Of a DNA stretch of 64,000 nucleotides, positions 1 to 9,375 are shown piece after piece. Below the pieces are notes generated by a model that worked only from the letters and a program-made list of their open reading frames with translations, was not told the origin of the DNA and did no database searches. Each line of letters starts with the position of its first letter. Position 1 is the first letter of the stretch. The DNA is from Candidatus Latescibacterota bacterium. Lineage in GTDB: Bacteria > Latescibacterota > UBA2968 > GCA-2709665. The stretch spans positions 416,001 through 480,000 of the forward strand of contig OZ241917.1 in assembly GCA_965203805.1 (NCBI GenBank), read 5' to 3'. Both the position numbers and the translations under genes were made by a program.

Positions 1-89
1 GAGCAGGCGGACTGAAGGTGCCGCCGGAAGCCGCCGCCGGAAGCTGCGGAAAACGGCACGATCCTGAACATATCGAGGCCACGCGCGCC

Positions 90-1103
90 ATGGGCGTCTA
101 CATCCTGAAACGGCTGCTTCTGCTGGTCCCCATGTTGCTGGGCATTGTGGTCCTGGTGTTTCTGATGATCCATTTCGTTCCCGGGGATCCGGCGCAGGTG
201 ATGCTGGGAGAACGCGCGAACGCGGAACAGGTGGCGGAACTGCGAAAGCAGCTGGGGCTTGACAGGGACCTGCATGTCCAGCTGGGTCTGTACCTGGCGG
301 GATTGCTGCAGGGCGATCTGGGCCGTTCGTTCAAGTCGCACGCGAAAGTCTCCTCCGAGTTGCTGGCCAGGTTTCCCGCGACGCTCGAACTTACGTTGAC
401 GAGCATGCTGCTTGCCTGCGGCTTCGGGATACTCGCCGGCGTGGTCTCGGCGTCACGAAAGGGGTCCGTCATGGATTATCTCGGCATGACGGCTTCCCTG
501 GCGGGGCTCTCCATGCCGATTTTCTGGCTGGGTCTGATGGTCATTCTGTTGATGTCGGTCTTTCTCGGGCTGTTTCCCGTTTCCGGACGGCTCAGCACCC
601 ACCTGTTTATTCCGGAAGTGACCGGGCTCTACCTGATTGACAGTCTGCTGGCGTGGGATTGGCCGGCTTTCGGCGACGCGGCGTGGCATCTCGTGCTGCC
701 CGGGCTTACGCTGGGCACCGTGCCGATGGCCGTCATTGCGCGCATGACGCGGTCCAGCCTCCTCGACGTGCTGAAAGAAGACTATGTGCGCACGGCGTGG
801 GCGAAGGGCCTCCCGGAACGAATCGTCATTTTCCGGCACGCCCTCAAGAACGCGTTCATTCCCGTGCTGACCGTGATCAGCCTGCAGTTCGGATTCCTGC
901 TCGGAGGAGCGGTCATCACGGAGACGATTTTCGCCTGGCCGGGCGTGGGGCGCTGGCTGCTGCTCGCGGTCTATTCGCGGGACTTCAGGGCCGTGCAGGG
1001 CGGGGTTCTGCTGGTTGCGCTGACATTTGCTCTGATCAACCTCGTTGCGGACGTGATGTACGCGTGGCTGGACCCGAGGATCCGACACCGGAGAGGAACG
1101 TGA
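90..1103 (+). CDS. dppB: Peptide/nickel ABC transporter permease (DppB/OppB)
   Basis: YILKRLL start, PGDPA, RFPATLEL, EAA loop (DYVRTAWAKGL), ITETIFAWPGVG; ATG at 90 preferred over the ORF-track start. Confidence 0.9.
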   Translation: MGVYILKRLLLLVPMLLGIVVLVFLMIHFVPGDPAQVMLGERANAEQVAELRKQLGLDRDLHVQLGLYLAGLLQGDLGRSFKSHAKVSSELLARFPATLELTLTSMLLACGFGILAGVVSASRKGSVMDYLGMTASLAGLSMPIFWLGLMVILLMSVFLGLFPVSGRLSTHLFIPEVTGLYLIDSLLAWDWPAFGDAAWHLVLPGLTLGTVPMAVIARMTRSSLLDVLKEDYVRTAWAKGLPERIVIFRHALKNAFIPVLTVISLQFGFLLGGAVITETIFAWPGVGRWLLLAVYSRDFRAVQGGVLLVALTFALINLVADVMYAWLDPRIRHRRGT

Positions 1104-2002
1104 ACCGGCCATGCCATACAGGCGCGGGACAGGTTGCGGACGCCGGCGGTCCGCCCGTTCTTTCGGTTTCCGGCTGGGGCGGGCTGTTCTGGAAGCGGCT
1201 CCTCAAGAACCGGCTCGCGGCCGGCGGCGCCGTCCTCCTGTTGGCATTCCTGTTGCTGGCCGTCGCCGCGCCGCTGGTGGCGCCACACGATCCCCTTGCC
1301 CAGAACCTGTACGACCGCCTTCAGCCGCCGTCGCTGTCGAATCCGTTCGGTACGGATGATTTCGGCAGAGACGTATTGAGCCGTGTTATCCACGGCGCCC
1401 GGATATCGCTTCGGGTGGGTGTTTCAGCAGTGCTGATCGCACTGGTCGTGGGCGTTCCGATCGGGCTGGCTTCGGGATACTGGGGCGGTGGCCTGGACCA
1501 GGCGCTGATGCGGGCAATGGACCTGATGTTGGCGTTTCCCAGCATCCTTCTGGCCATTGCCATTGTCGCGATATTGGGACCGGGACTGGAAAACGCGATG
1601 CTGGCCGTCGGAATCGTGGCGGTGCCGCAGTACGCCCGGCTCGTGCGGGCATCGGCGCTGGCCGTGCGCGGGCAGGATTACGTGCAGGCCGTGAGAGCGC
1701 TTGGCGGCGGCGATTTCCGAATCCTGTTTTCTTCGGTTCTCCCGAACTGCCTTACGCCGCTGATCGTTCAGTCCACGCTGGGCCTGGCGACGGCCATACT
1801 CGATGCGGCGGGCCTGAGCTTTCTGGGATTGGGCGCGCAGCCGCCGTTGCCGGAGTGGGGTGCGATGTTGACCGGCGGCCGGGAACTGGTACTGCGTGCG
1901 CCGTGGGTCCTGACCTTTCCCGGCCTCGCCATCTTCCTGACCGTATTGGCCTTTAACCTGGTCGGAGACGGATTGCGGGATGCACTGGATCCACGGTCCT
2001 GA
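1100..2002 (+). CDS. dppC: Peptide ABC transporter permease (DppC/OppC)
   Basis: FGTDDFGRDVLSR, LSFLGLG, PEWG, GDGLRDALDPR; GTGA overlap with the dppB stop. Confidence 0.9.
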   Translation: MNRPCHTGAGQVADAGGPPVLSVSGWGGLFWKRLLKNRLAAGGAVLLLAFLLLAVAAPLVAPHDPLAQNLYDRLQPPSLSNPFGTDDFGRDVLSRVIHGARISLRVGVSAVLIALVVGVPIGLASGYWGGGLDQALMRAMDLMLAFPSILLAIAIVAILGPGLENAMLAVGIVAVPQYARLVRASALAVRGQDYVQAVRALGGGDFRILFSSVLPNCLTPLIVQSTLGLATAILDAAGLSFLGLGAQPPLPEWGAMLTGGRELVLRAPWVLTFPGLAIFLTVLAFNLVGDGLRDALDPRS

Positions 2003-2020
2003 ACCTGCTGGAGAAAGGCT

Positions 2021-2049
2021 TTGACTTCCACGATTCCGTAGCCTATATT
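2021..2049 (+). promoter_or_regulatory. Sigma70-like promoter
   Basis: TTGACT-17 nt-TATATT. Confidence 0.6.
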
Positions 2050-2055
2050 TTCGCT

Positions 2056-2312
2056 TACACGGAAAGGAGGTGGTCAAATGATCGAATCGACCAGTGGAGG
2101 TGGCTGTAGTTAGGTGCGCTGCCGGGTGCGGGAGAACATCTCGTCTGGTAACGCGCCTGGCGAATCTAAGCAGCCATCGAAAGACAGGCGATCCGTCGTA
2201 CCGACGGGCCCCCGCGATGCGTTTGGGGGCGCCGTGAGATGGAAGCCGTCTCGAGCAATGCGCCGTGGTGAGATGTGGCCGGAGAGCCGGCTCCCGAATC
2301 GCGGCGCATTTT
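2056..2312 (+). ncRNA. Candidate structured RNA containing an 11-aa ORF (MIESTSGGGCS, 2078-2113)
   Basis: Upstream promoter, extended SD AAGGAGGTGGTC, several stems, terminal stem 2257-2310 followed by T's. Confidence 0.45.
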
Positions 2313-2333
2313 GCGTTAAATAAGGGTTTGTGC

Positions 2334-2362
2334 TTGACAGAGATAAATGTGTTTTATATCTT
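2334..2362 (+). promoter_or_regulatory. Sigma70-like promoter of the rplM operon
   Basis: TTGACA-17 nt-TATCTT; hairpins in the leader before rplM. Confidence 0.6.
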
Positions 2363-2444
2363 TTGAGGCTTGACATTGTGCGCAAATGTCGTTGAGAGGA
2401 GGTGAATTCGAAATTGGCGTGCACGTGGACGCCATTCGGATTTT

Positions 2445-2879
2445 ATGAATACGCCGAGCGCGAAAAAGTCCGACGTCGAACGCAGATGGTTTCTGGCTGA
2501 TGCCGAAGGCAAGGTGCTGGGTCGCTTCGCGAGCGAGGTGGCACGGATTCTGATGGGCAAACACAAACCGTTTTATACGCCGCACGTGGATACCGGCGAT
2601 CATGTTATCGTGGTAAACACCGACAAGCTCGTTGTCAAAGGCGCCAACAAACCCGAACAGAAGGTCTATACGAGCTTCAGCGGTTATCCGGGCGGCCTTA
2701 AAACCAAGACACTCAAGCGGGCGCTCGAAACCCAGCCTGTGTTCGTGCTGGAGCATGCCATCCGGGGGATGTTGCCTCGCACAAAGCTGGGTCGCAGGAT
2801 GATTAAGAAGGTCCGGATCTACGCGGGGCCCGATCATCCGCATGAGAGTCAGGTGCCCGAAGCGATCGACCTGATTTGA
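2445..2879 (+). CDS. rplM: 50S ribosomal protein L13
   Basis: GKVLGR, GKHKP.YTPHVDTGD, GYPGGLK, GMLP. Confidence 0.98.
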   Translation: MNTPSAKKSDVERRWFLADAEGKVLGRFASEVARILMGKHKPFYTPHVDTGDHVIVVNTDKLVVKGANKPEQKVYTSFSGYPGGLKTKTLKRALETQPVFVLEHAIRGMLPRTKLGRRMIKKVRIYAGPDHPHESQVPEAIDLI

Positions 2880-2934
2880 TTTCCGCCGAACCGAAGCATC
2901 GTTCGAAGTTCGTTGACCGAGAGGAGGTCGGGTC

Positions 2935-3327
2935 TTGGCAGAAATCCTTGCTTCTGCCAGAGGCCGGCGCAAGTCGGCCACGGCAAACGTAAAGCTGTTT
3001 TCCGGGTCCGGAGAGATTACCATCAACGGCGCGCCGATTCTGAATTATCTGAAGCGGGAGACGCTCGTGATGATCGTGGAACAGCCGCTGGCGGTTACGG
3101 AGACGATCGGGCAGTACAATATCGTCGCCAGCACCAAGGGGGGTGGTCTCAGCGGCCAGGCCGGCGCCGTAAGGCTTGGCATCGCCCGGGGCCTGCTCGC
3201 CCTGAACGAGGACCTCAAGGGGCCGCTGCGGGAGGCAGGGCTGCTGACCCGCGACGCGCGAGAGGTGGAGCGGAAAAAGCCGGGTCGCCCCGGGGCGCGC
3301 AAACGGTTCCAGTTTTCGAAACGCTAG
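2935..3327 (+). CDS. rpsI: 30S ribosomal protein S9
   Basis: GRRKSA, GGGLSGQAGA, LLTRDAREVERKK, QFSKR; TTG start with GGAGG SD. Confidence 0.98.
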   Translation: MAEILASARGRRKSATANVKLFSGSGEITINGAPILNYLKRETLVMIVEQPLAVTETIGQYNIVASTKGGGLSGQAGAVRLGIARGLLALNEDLKGPLREAGLLTRDAREVERKKPGRPGARKRFQFSKR

Positions 3328-3377
3328 TCGGCCCTTTTTTTTAAATGGCGTGTTGTGCAAACCCGACAGCGCGCCTA

Positions 3378-3470
3378 TTTCACATGTGCCCCGACTTCAG
3401 GCCGGGTGTCGGTTTCCGGCGGGCCTGCGGAATGACGGTCACAGAGGTTCAACCCGGAGTCGCAGGAGGA
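3378..3470 (+). promoter_or_regulatory. rpsB 5' leader (S2 autoregulatory, t44-like)
   Basis: Position, plus CACA...GGGTG...GAGGTTCAACCC resembling known rpsB leaders. Confidence 0.5.
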
Positions 3471-3474
3471 TTGT

Positions 3475-4239
3475 ATGGCTGTCGTTGAAATGAAAGCGTT
3501 GCTCGAGGCCGGAGTCCACTTCGGGCATCAGACCCGACGTTGGAATCCGAAGATGAGAAAGTTCATCTTTATCGAACGCAACGGCATCTACATTATCGAT
3601 CTGCAGAAGACGATGAAGCAGATCGAAGAAGCGTGCCAGATGATCAGCCAGGCCGTGGAACGGGGTGAATCCGTCCTCTTCGTGGGAACGAAGAAACAGG
3701 CGAAGGATGTCATCCTTCGGGAAGCGAAGCGTTGCGAGATGTTTCACGTCACCGAGCGCTGGCTTGGTGGGATGTTGACGAATTACCAGACCATCCGTCA
3801 GAGTATTCGGCGCCTCGAAACGCTCGACAAGATGGGCGCGGACGGGACCTACGAGAAGTTGACCAAGAAAGAGGTACTGCGGCTGGAACGTGAGCGGGAG
3901 AAACTGGAGAGATCCCTGAGCGGTATCCGGGATATGGGCCGTCTGCCCGGATTGGTATTCGTGATTGATATCAAGAAAGAAAGGATCGCCGTTCACGAAG
4001 CGAGGCGTCTCAATATTCCGGTGGTGGCCATCGTCGACACCAACTGCAATCCGGACGACGTCGACTATCCGATTCCCGGAAACGACGACGCCATCCGGTC
4101 TATCGGACTCCTCACCCGGCTCGTGTCCGATGCGGTGCTCGAGGGTCAGAAGATTCGGCGGGAGGGTCCCGACCGGGCGGACGACGAACCCCAGTTGCTC
4201 GGACCGGAAATTACCGAGATTACCGAAGCCAGCGAATAA
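3475..4239 (+). CDS. rpsB: 30S ribosomal protein S2
   Basis: [38 protein letters not shown]. Confidence 0.98.
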   Translation: MAVVEMKALLEAGVHFGHQTRRWNPKMRKFIFIERNGIYIIDLQKTMKQIEEACQMISQAVERGESVLFVGTKKQAKDVILREAKRCEMFHVTERWLGGMLTNYQTIRQSIRRLETLDKMGADGTYEKLTKKEVLRLEREREKLERSLSGIRDMGRLPGLVFVIDIKKERIAVHEARRLNIPVVAIVDTNCNPDDVDYPIPGNDDAIRSIGLLTRLVSDAVLEGQKIRREGPDRADDEPQLLGPEITEITEASE

Positions 4240-4284
4240 CGGACGAATCAGAAGGGAAAGGCGTTACGCCAGCGGGGAGAATCC

Positions 4285-4884
4285 ATGGCAATTTCTGCGA
4301 AGATGGTTCAGGAACTGCGCGGCAAGACCAATGTGGGCATGATGGACTGCAAGAAAGCGCTCGTCGAGAGTGACGGGGACATGGAAAAAGCCATCGAGCT
4401 TCTGCGCACCCGCGGGGTTGCCAAGGCGGAAGACCGTTCTCACAGGGCGGCAAAGGAAGGGCTGATCACCTCGTATATTCACACCGGCAGCAAGCTGGGC
4501 GTGATGCTGGAGGTCAACAGCGAGACCGATTTCGTCGCCCGAACCGATCAGTTCCAGACCTTTGTCCGTGACCTGGCAATGCACATCGCCGCCAGTGCGC
4601 CGGCCGCCGTGAGCCGCGACCAACTGGACGACGCAAACATCGAGCGCGAACGCAGAATCTTCAGACAGCAGGCGCTGGACGAGGGCAAACCCGAGCGGGT
4701 AATCGACCGGATCGTTGAGGGGCGGCTCGAAAAGTACTTCCAGGATGTTTGCCTTATGGAACAGCCCTTCGTGAAGGATCCGGACAAGACGGTCAAAGAC
4801 CTGCTGATGGACCTGATCGCCCAGTGCGGCGAGAATGTCACCGTCAGACGGTTCGTGCGGTTTGTTCTCGGGGAGGAAAGCTGA
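4285..4884 (+). CDS. tsf: Elongation factor Ts (short form)
   Basis: GMMDCKKAL, NSETDFVA, RRFVRF. Confidence 0.98.
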   Translation: MAISAKMVQELRGKTNVGMMDCKKALVESDGDMEKAIELLRTRGVAKAEDRSHRAAKEGLITSYIHTGSKLGVMLEVNSETDFVARTDQFQTFVRDLAMHIAASAPAAVSRDQLDDANIERERRIFRQQALDEGKPERVIDRIVEGRLEKYFQDVCLMEQPFVKDPDKTVKDLLMDLIAQCGENVTVRRFVRFVLGEES

Positions 4885-5063
4885 CGGCGCCCGGCGCCGG
4901 TCGTTGAACTGGTAGACGCCGGAGGAAAAGGGCCGTACCCGACCCCGGGTCTGCCGCGCCAGGGATTGTCTGTCGTCGCACGTCTTCCGCTGCCCGGTTT
5001 TGCTGACCGCTCACAGTATGCAATCTCTCCATTGGTTTGCTTTCTCAGCAGGGGATGCAAGAG

Positions 5064-5621
5064 ATGGTTGACGAGATTCTTTCAGAGACCAGGCAGTCGA
5101 TGGCGAAGGCCGTGGAAGCGTTTCAGTACGAAATCTCGACGGTGCGAACCGGACGCGCAAACACGTCACTGCTGGACAATATCCGCGCCGAGTATTACGG
5201 TACCCAGGTGCCGCTCAACCAGGTGGCCACCATTGGCGTTCCGGAGCCGCGGCTCATCGTTCTTCAGCCGTGGGACAAGAGCGCAATCCCGGCGATTGAA
5301 AAGGCCATACAGTCGTCGAATCTGGGCCTGACGCCGTCCAATGACGGGACCGTCATTCGTCTGCCGATCCCGCACCTGACAGAAGAGCGCCGCACTGAAC
5401 TCGTACGCGTGGTGCGCCAGATGGCGGAAGAGTGCAAGGTCTCCGTGCGCAATGCCAGACGGGACGCCAACGAGATGTTCAAAGACGGTCAGAAAGAGGG
5501 CGAGATCCCTGAAGACGATTCGAGAAAGGGGCACGACCAGGCGCAGAAGCTGACCGACGATTTCGTGGCGGAGATTGACAAGCTGCTGGCGCGGAAGGAA
5601 GAGGAAATCATGGAGGTCTGA
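5064..5621 (+). CDS. frr: Ribosome recycling factor
   Basis: RTGRAN, YYG, QPWD, LTEERR, RNARRD. Confidence 0.97.
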   Translation: MVDEILSETRQSMAKAVEAFQYEISTVRTGRANTSLLDNIRAEYYGTQVPLNQVATIGVPEPRLIVLQPWDKSAIPAIEKAIQSSNLGLTPSNDGTVIRLPIPHLTEERRTELVRVVRQMAEECKVSVRNARRDANEMFKDGQKEGEIPEDDSRKGHDQAQKLTDDFVAEIDKLLARKEEEIMEV

Positions 5622-5721
5622 ATCCCCTTGAATGGTCCCCTCCAATCGCTGCTTTCAGGTCGCTCGAAGGTGGCGGTTCTTTTTTGCCGTGTCGATCGCG
5701 GTTTCCCGGACGTGCTTTGAT

Positions 5722-6456
5722 ATGCTCTTGTTGACGGTGGTCGCGATCGTGTTTGTGGCTGCGCTGGTCCATTCGACGCTCGGGTTCGGGACTGCCCTGG
5801 TGGCGATGCCGATGCTCGTGACGGTTCTTGACGTCGAGGTTGCGACGCCGCTGGTCGGCCTGACGATGCTGACGACGATCGCCCTGCTTCTGGTTCGAAC
5901 CTGGCGGGACCTGGACGTCAGGGCCGCATTGCATCTGCTCGTCGCTTCGATTCCGGGAATTCCACTGGGTCTGCTGGTCCTCCGGTACGCACCCCAGGAT
6001 GCCTTCAGGGCGGGGCTTGGGATTCTGCTCATCGCTATCGGTCTGTATAACTTGCGGACGTCGGTGCTTCCCAGGCTGGAGCACATCCGGTGGGCGCACC
6101 TGTTCGGCTTCCTGTCCGGTGTACTCGGCAGCGCATACAACGTGAACGCGGCGCCGGTTGCCGTTTACGGGATCCTGAGGCGTTGGCCGCCCGAAGGCTT
6201 CAGGGCGACGCTGCAAGGGTACTTCTTTCCCTCGACCCTGCTCATTGTCGGCAGCCACGCGATGGCCGGACTGTGGACGGAGGACGTTTTCGGGTTTTAT
6301 CTGCCGGCGGTGCCAGCCATCATTCTAGCCGTCGTTTGTGGCCGGATCATCGGCGCGCGCATCCCCGTCGACCGATTTCAGCGCGTTCTTTACGCGGCGC
6401 TGACTGCATTTGGAACTCTGCTTCTGGTGCAGCCGCTGATTTCGGCACTGGATTGA
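5722..6456 (+). CDS. TauE/SafE (TSUP) membrane transporter
   Basis: GFG.ALVAMP motif, two hydrophobic repeats, FRATL. Confidence 0.8.
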   Translation: MLLLTVVAIVFVAALVHSTLGFGTALVAMPMLVTVLDVEVATPLVGLTMLTTIALLLVRTWRDLDVRAALHLLVASIPGIPLGLLVLRYAPQDAFRAGLGILLIAIGLYNLRTSVLPRLEHIRWAHLFGFLSGVLGSAYNVNAAPVAVYGILRRWPPEGFRATLQGYFFPSTLLIVGSHAMAGLWTEDVFGFYLPAVPAIILAVVCGRIIGARIPVDRFQRVLYAALTAFGTLLLVQPLISALD

Positions 6457-6531
6457 CGGAACGAGACGCTAATGTAGTGGGGACATTCATTTGAAGCGCG
6501 GTTCAGCAACCGTTTCGGAAAGGGGAGAAGC

Positions 6532-6894
6532 GTGAACGCTACACAACCTATGGTCGTGCACTACGTCAAGGATATGGCCAGGGCGTTGCCCTTTTACCGC
6601 GACGTCATCGGTCTCGAGGTGGAGTTCGAATCGTCCGGATGGACAACGTTTCGATGCGGCGGATGCATCGTGGCGCTCCACATCCTGTCTCCAGGGATGA
6701 CCGAGGGCGCCGTCGCCCACGCGGGGCTGAATCTCCACGTGGACGATCTCGACGCCGCGGTCAGGGAGGTCACGGCCGGCGGCGGGGAGGTCAGAAACAT
6801 CCGGGAAGCCGGCGGCGGCATTCCGGTGCGGATCGCGGTCATCAGCGATACGGAAGGCAACGTCTTCGAACTGCGCCAGTACGTGGGCGAGTGA
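6532..6894 (+). CDS. VOC/glyoxalase family protein
   Basis: V.D..RA..FY..V.GL; D.EGN.FEL. Confidence 0.85.
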   Translation: MNATQPMVVHYVKDMARALPFYRDVIGLEVEFESSGWTTFRCGGCIVALHILSPGMTEGAVAHAGLNLHVDDLDAAVREVTAGGGEVRNIREAGGGIPVRIAVISDTEGNVFELRQYVGE

Positions 6895-7066
6895 TATCGA
6901 ATGTCGGCAGGATGATTACGGCGGGACTTACGCGGTACGACGCCCTCGATCGCGGAGGGTCGGCGACGCCGTTCCCGATATTGAATTCGCGTGGCACCCT
7001 GAATGGGCGGTTCGATGCGTCCGCCGGTGCCGATTCCCTGTCTGAACACCGGAAGGAGGTCCTTTC

Positions 7067-7597
7067 GTGAAGAACTGCGTACTCGCCGTTGTCTTGTCTG
7101 CTGTTGTTCTGTTCGCCTGGGGCTTTTTGTCGTGGGCGATATTGCCGTGGCACAATGCGGTTGCAAACAAATTCGCAGACGAATCGGCTGTTTCTGCGGT
7201 CCTCAAGGAAAACGCGCCGGCCGCGGGAATGTACTATCTCCCGTTTGCCCAGGAAGACCTCAAACCGGGGGTGTTGTTCGCCCTTGCGAACGTATTGCCC
7301 GATGGCGTCGATGCGAACATGGGCGAAATGATGGGGCTTGGCCTGCTCGGTCAGGCGGTGTCCGCCGCGCTCGTTATGCTTCTGCTGTGCAGAACCTCGA
7401 TTCCGGACTACTGGGGGCGGGTCCGTTTCGTCGCGCTTTCGGGATTGGCCATCGGTTTTGTCAGCCACTTCCCCTACTGGAACTGGTTCGGCTTCTCAAC
7501 GTCGTATACGCTCGTCATCATCGTGGACTCCCTGATTGCGTGGTTCCTGGCCGGGCTCGTCCTGGCGAAATTCGTGGAAGGGAAATCGGCGACGTAA
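7067..7597 (+). CDS. Hypothetical membrane protein
   Basis: GGAGG SD, about 4 hydrophobic segments. Confidence 0.7.
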   Translation: MKNCVLAVVLSAVVLFAWGFLSWAILPWHNAVANKFADESAVSAVLKENAPAAGMYYLPFAQEDLKPGVLFALANVLPDGVDANMGEMMGLGLLGQAVSAALVMLLLCRTSIPDYWGRVRFVALSGLAIGFVSHFPYWNWFGFSTSYTLVIIVDSLIAWFLAGLVLAKFVEGKSAT

Positions 7598-7909
7598 TTG
7601 TCCGGAGGGCCCGGCCGATACGGCCCAATGCCTGCGATGTGCGGGAAACTACAAGACGACCGCGAGACGCGTCAACTCGCGGTCGTTCGTGTGTGGGCGA
7701 TGAACGGACGGTCCCTGCATCCGAACGAGGCTCCGGGATTTCACGTCCGGCGGTGAATTATCGGATGGGTCCTCGTGTTCAGCGCCTTGATTTATCGCGG
7801 AGGAGGTCTTATTTTCCGGTACGCGAACTTGCCTTCCGTGTGAAGGAGAGATGCCCGCGCACAGGCGAGTTTCAACAGGCAGGAAGGTTGATTGAGACTG
7901 AGACTTCGA

Positions 7910-8827
7910 ATGGCTTCGCAACAATCGGGGTTGTCTTCACAGGTGCACAGGACGAGCAGAACGGCGAATCTGGCGGCTTGCGTACGTGCGTATCATTCCC
8001 GTTGGCACGAGTCGCCGATTTTCGACGACGTCTACGCATACGATTTGATATCGGATTTCTGGCGCGCGATTGCCAGGTACAGATTGCTCAGCCATATTGT
8101 CGTCCACACCGTGTTCCGATCGTTTCGCCCCATACACACCGAAATTATCCTGCGCGCGAGGTACGCCGAAGACCGACTGATGGACGCCGTGTCTGCAGGC
8201 ATCGGGCAGTACGTCATACTCGGGGCCGGTCTCGATTCCTTCTCCATGCGTCAGGATGGACTCCTGGATACGTTGAGGATATTCGAGCTGGACCATCCCG
8301 CGACCCAGGCCATGAAGCGCGACAAGGTCTCGAGTGTCTTTGGCGGAATCCCGGCGAATCTGGTATTCGTACCCATCGACTTTGAAACCGATCATCTCGA
8401 CGATGCGCTTGTCCGGGCGGAATTCGACCCTCAGACGCCGTCCTTCTTCTCCTGGCTGGGGACGACCTACTATCTCACCAAAGACGCGATACGCGAAACA
8501 CTTGCCCGCATTGCGGGCGTGGCGGCCCCGGGAAGCCGCATGGTTCTCGACTACAAGATTGACAGGGGCCTCATTCCGGTGGAGAGCCTGCCGTTCGCGG
8601 ACAAGCTGGATCGATTCGTGGCACGACGTGGAGAGCCCATGATCTCCACGTTCACGCCCGGGGAGTTGCGGGACGACATGTCAGGATTCGGCTTTGAGGA
8701 AGTGGAAGCCGTCACGGCCGGCGATCAGAAACGCCGATACCTGAACGAGAGATCCGACCTGGTGGATCCGGCGCCCAATTTTTCCTTCGCGCGTTTTCGA
8801 GTGAGGCGCAGGGGAGAAGAGACGTGA
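7910..8827 (+). CDS. Class I SAM-dependent methyltransferase (LCM-like family)
   Basis: QYVILGAGLDS, FELDHPATQ, VPIDF, WLG..YYL. Confidence 0.88.
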   Translation: MASQQSGLSSQVHRTSRTANLAACVRAYHSRWHESPIFDDVYAYDLISDFWRAIARYRLLSHIVVHTVFRSFRPIHTEIILRARYAEDRLMDAVSAGIGQYVILGAGLDSFSMRQDGLLDTLRIFELDHPATQAMKRDKVSSVFGGIPANLVFVPIDFETDHLDDALVRAEFDPQTPSFFSWLGTTYYLTKDAIRETLARIAGVAAPGSRMVLDYKIDRGLIPVESLPFADKLDRFVARRGEPMISTFTPGELRDDMSGFGFEEVEAVTAGDQKRRYLNERSDLVDPAPNFSFARFRVRRRGEET

Positions 8828-8880
8828 AGAAAACGCGGTGTTCAGAACGTCCGAACGCCCGAAACCGAAGGGTTGAGCCG

Positions 8881-9339
8881 ATGTCAGATAAAGGCGAAAA
8901 GCCGCGCACGATCTCTCTCCGCCAGGGCCTTCTGTTGATCTTCGTCCTTGGGAGCGTCGGATTGGGCGCCGAGTTGCTGCTCCTCGGCCATTTCCAGGAG
9001 TGGAGGCAGCAGGCGCCTCTCGCGCTGCTTGCTTTGGGCCTCGTCGTGGTGGCGATGCTTGTTCACTTTAAGGGGCGGGTCGTCCTCCGGCTCTTTCGGC
9101 TGGCGATGCTGGCGTTCGTACTGGGGGGAATCGCAGGATTCTGGTTTCATATCAACGGGAATATGGAATTCGAACTGGAGATGAATTCGAGGTTGACCGG
9201 CTGGGCGCTTGTGTCCAGGACCGCTAGCGGCGCCCTCCCGGTCCTCGCGCCCGGCGCTCTCATCCAGCTTGGTTTAATCGGCCTGCTGTACACGTACCGG
9301 CATCCGGGTCTGGGCGCTGGGCAACCTGAGAGAGATTAG
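8881..9339 (+). CDS. Hypothetical membrane protein
   Basis: 4 TM segments; ELLLLGH, P.LAPG. Confidence 0.7.
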   Translation: MSDKGEKPRTISLRQGLLLIFVLGSVGLGAELLLLGHFQEWRQQAPLALLALGLVVVAMLVHFKGRVVLRLFRLAMLAFVLGGIAGFWFHINGNMEFELEMNSRLTGWALVSRTASGALPVLAPGALIQLGLIGLLYTYRHPGLGAGQPERD

Positions 9340-9375
9340 CGTATTCATACTGGCAGAATAGATCGCAAGACAGCC

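Noticed and set aside
2114-2323. 69-aa ORF as a real protein
   Set aside because: No motifs, long SD spacing, and it runs through the strong stems and terminator-like hairpin.
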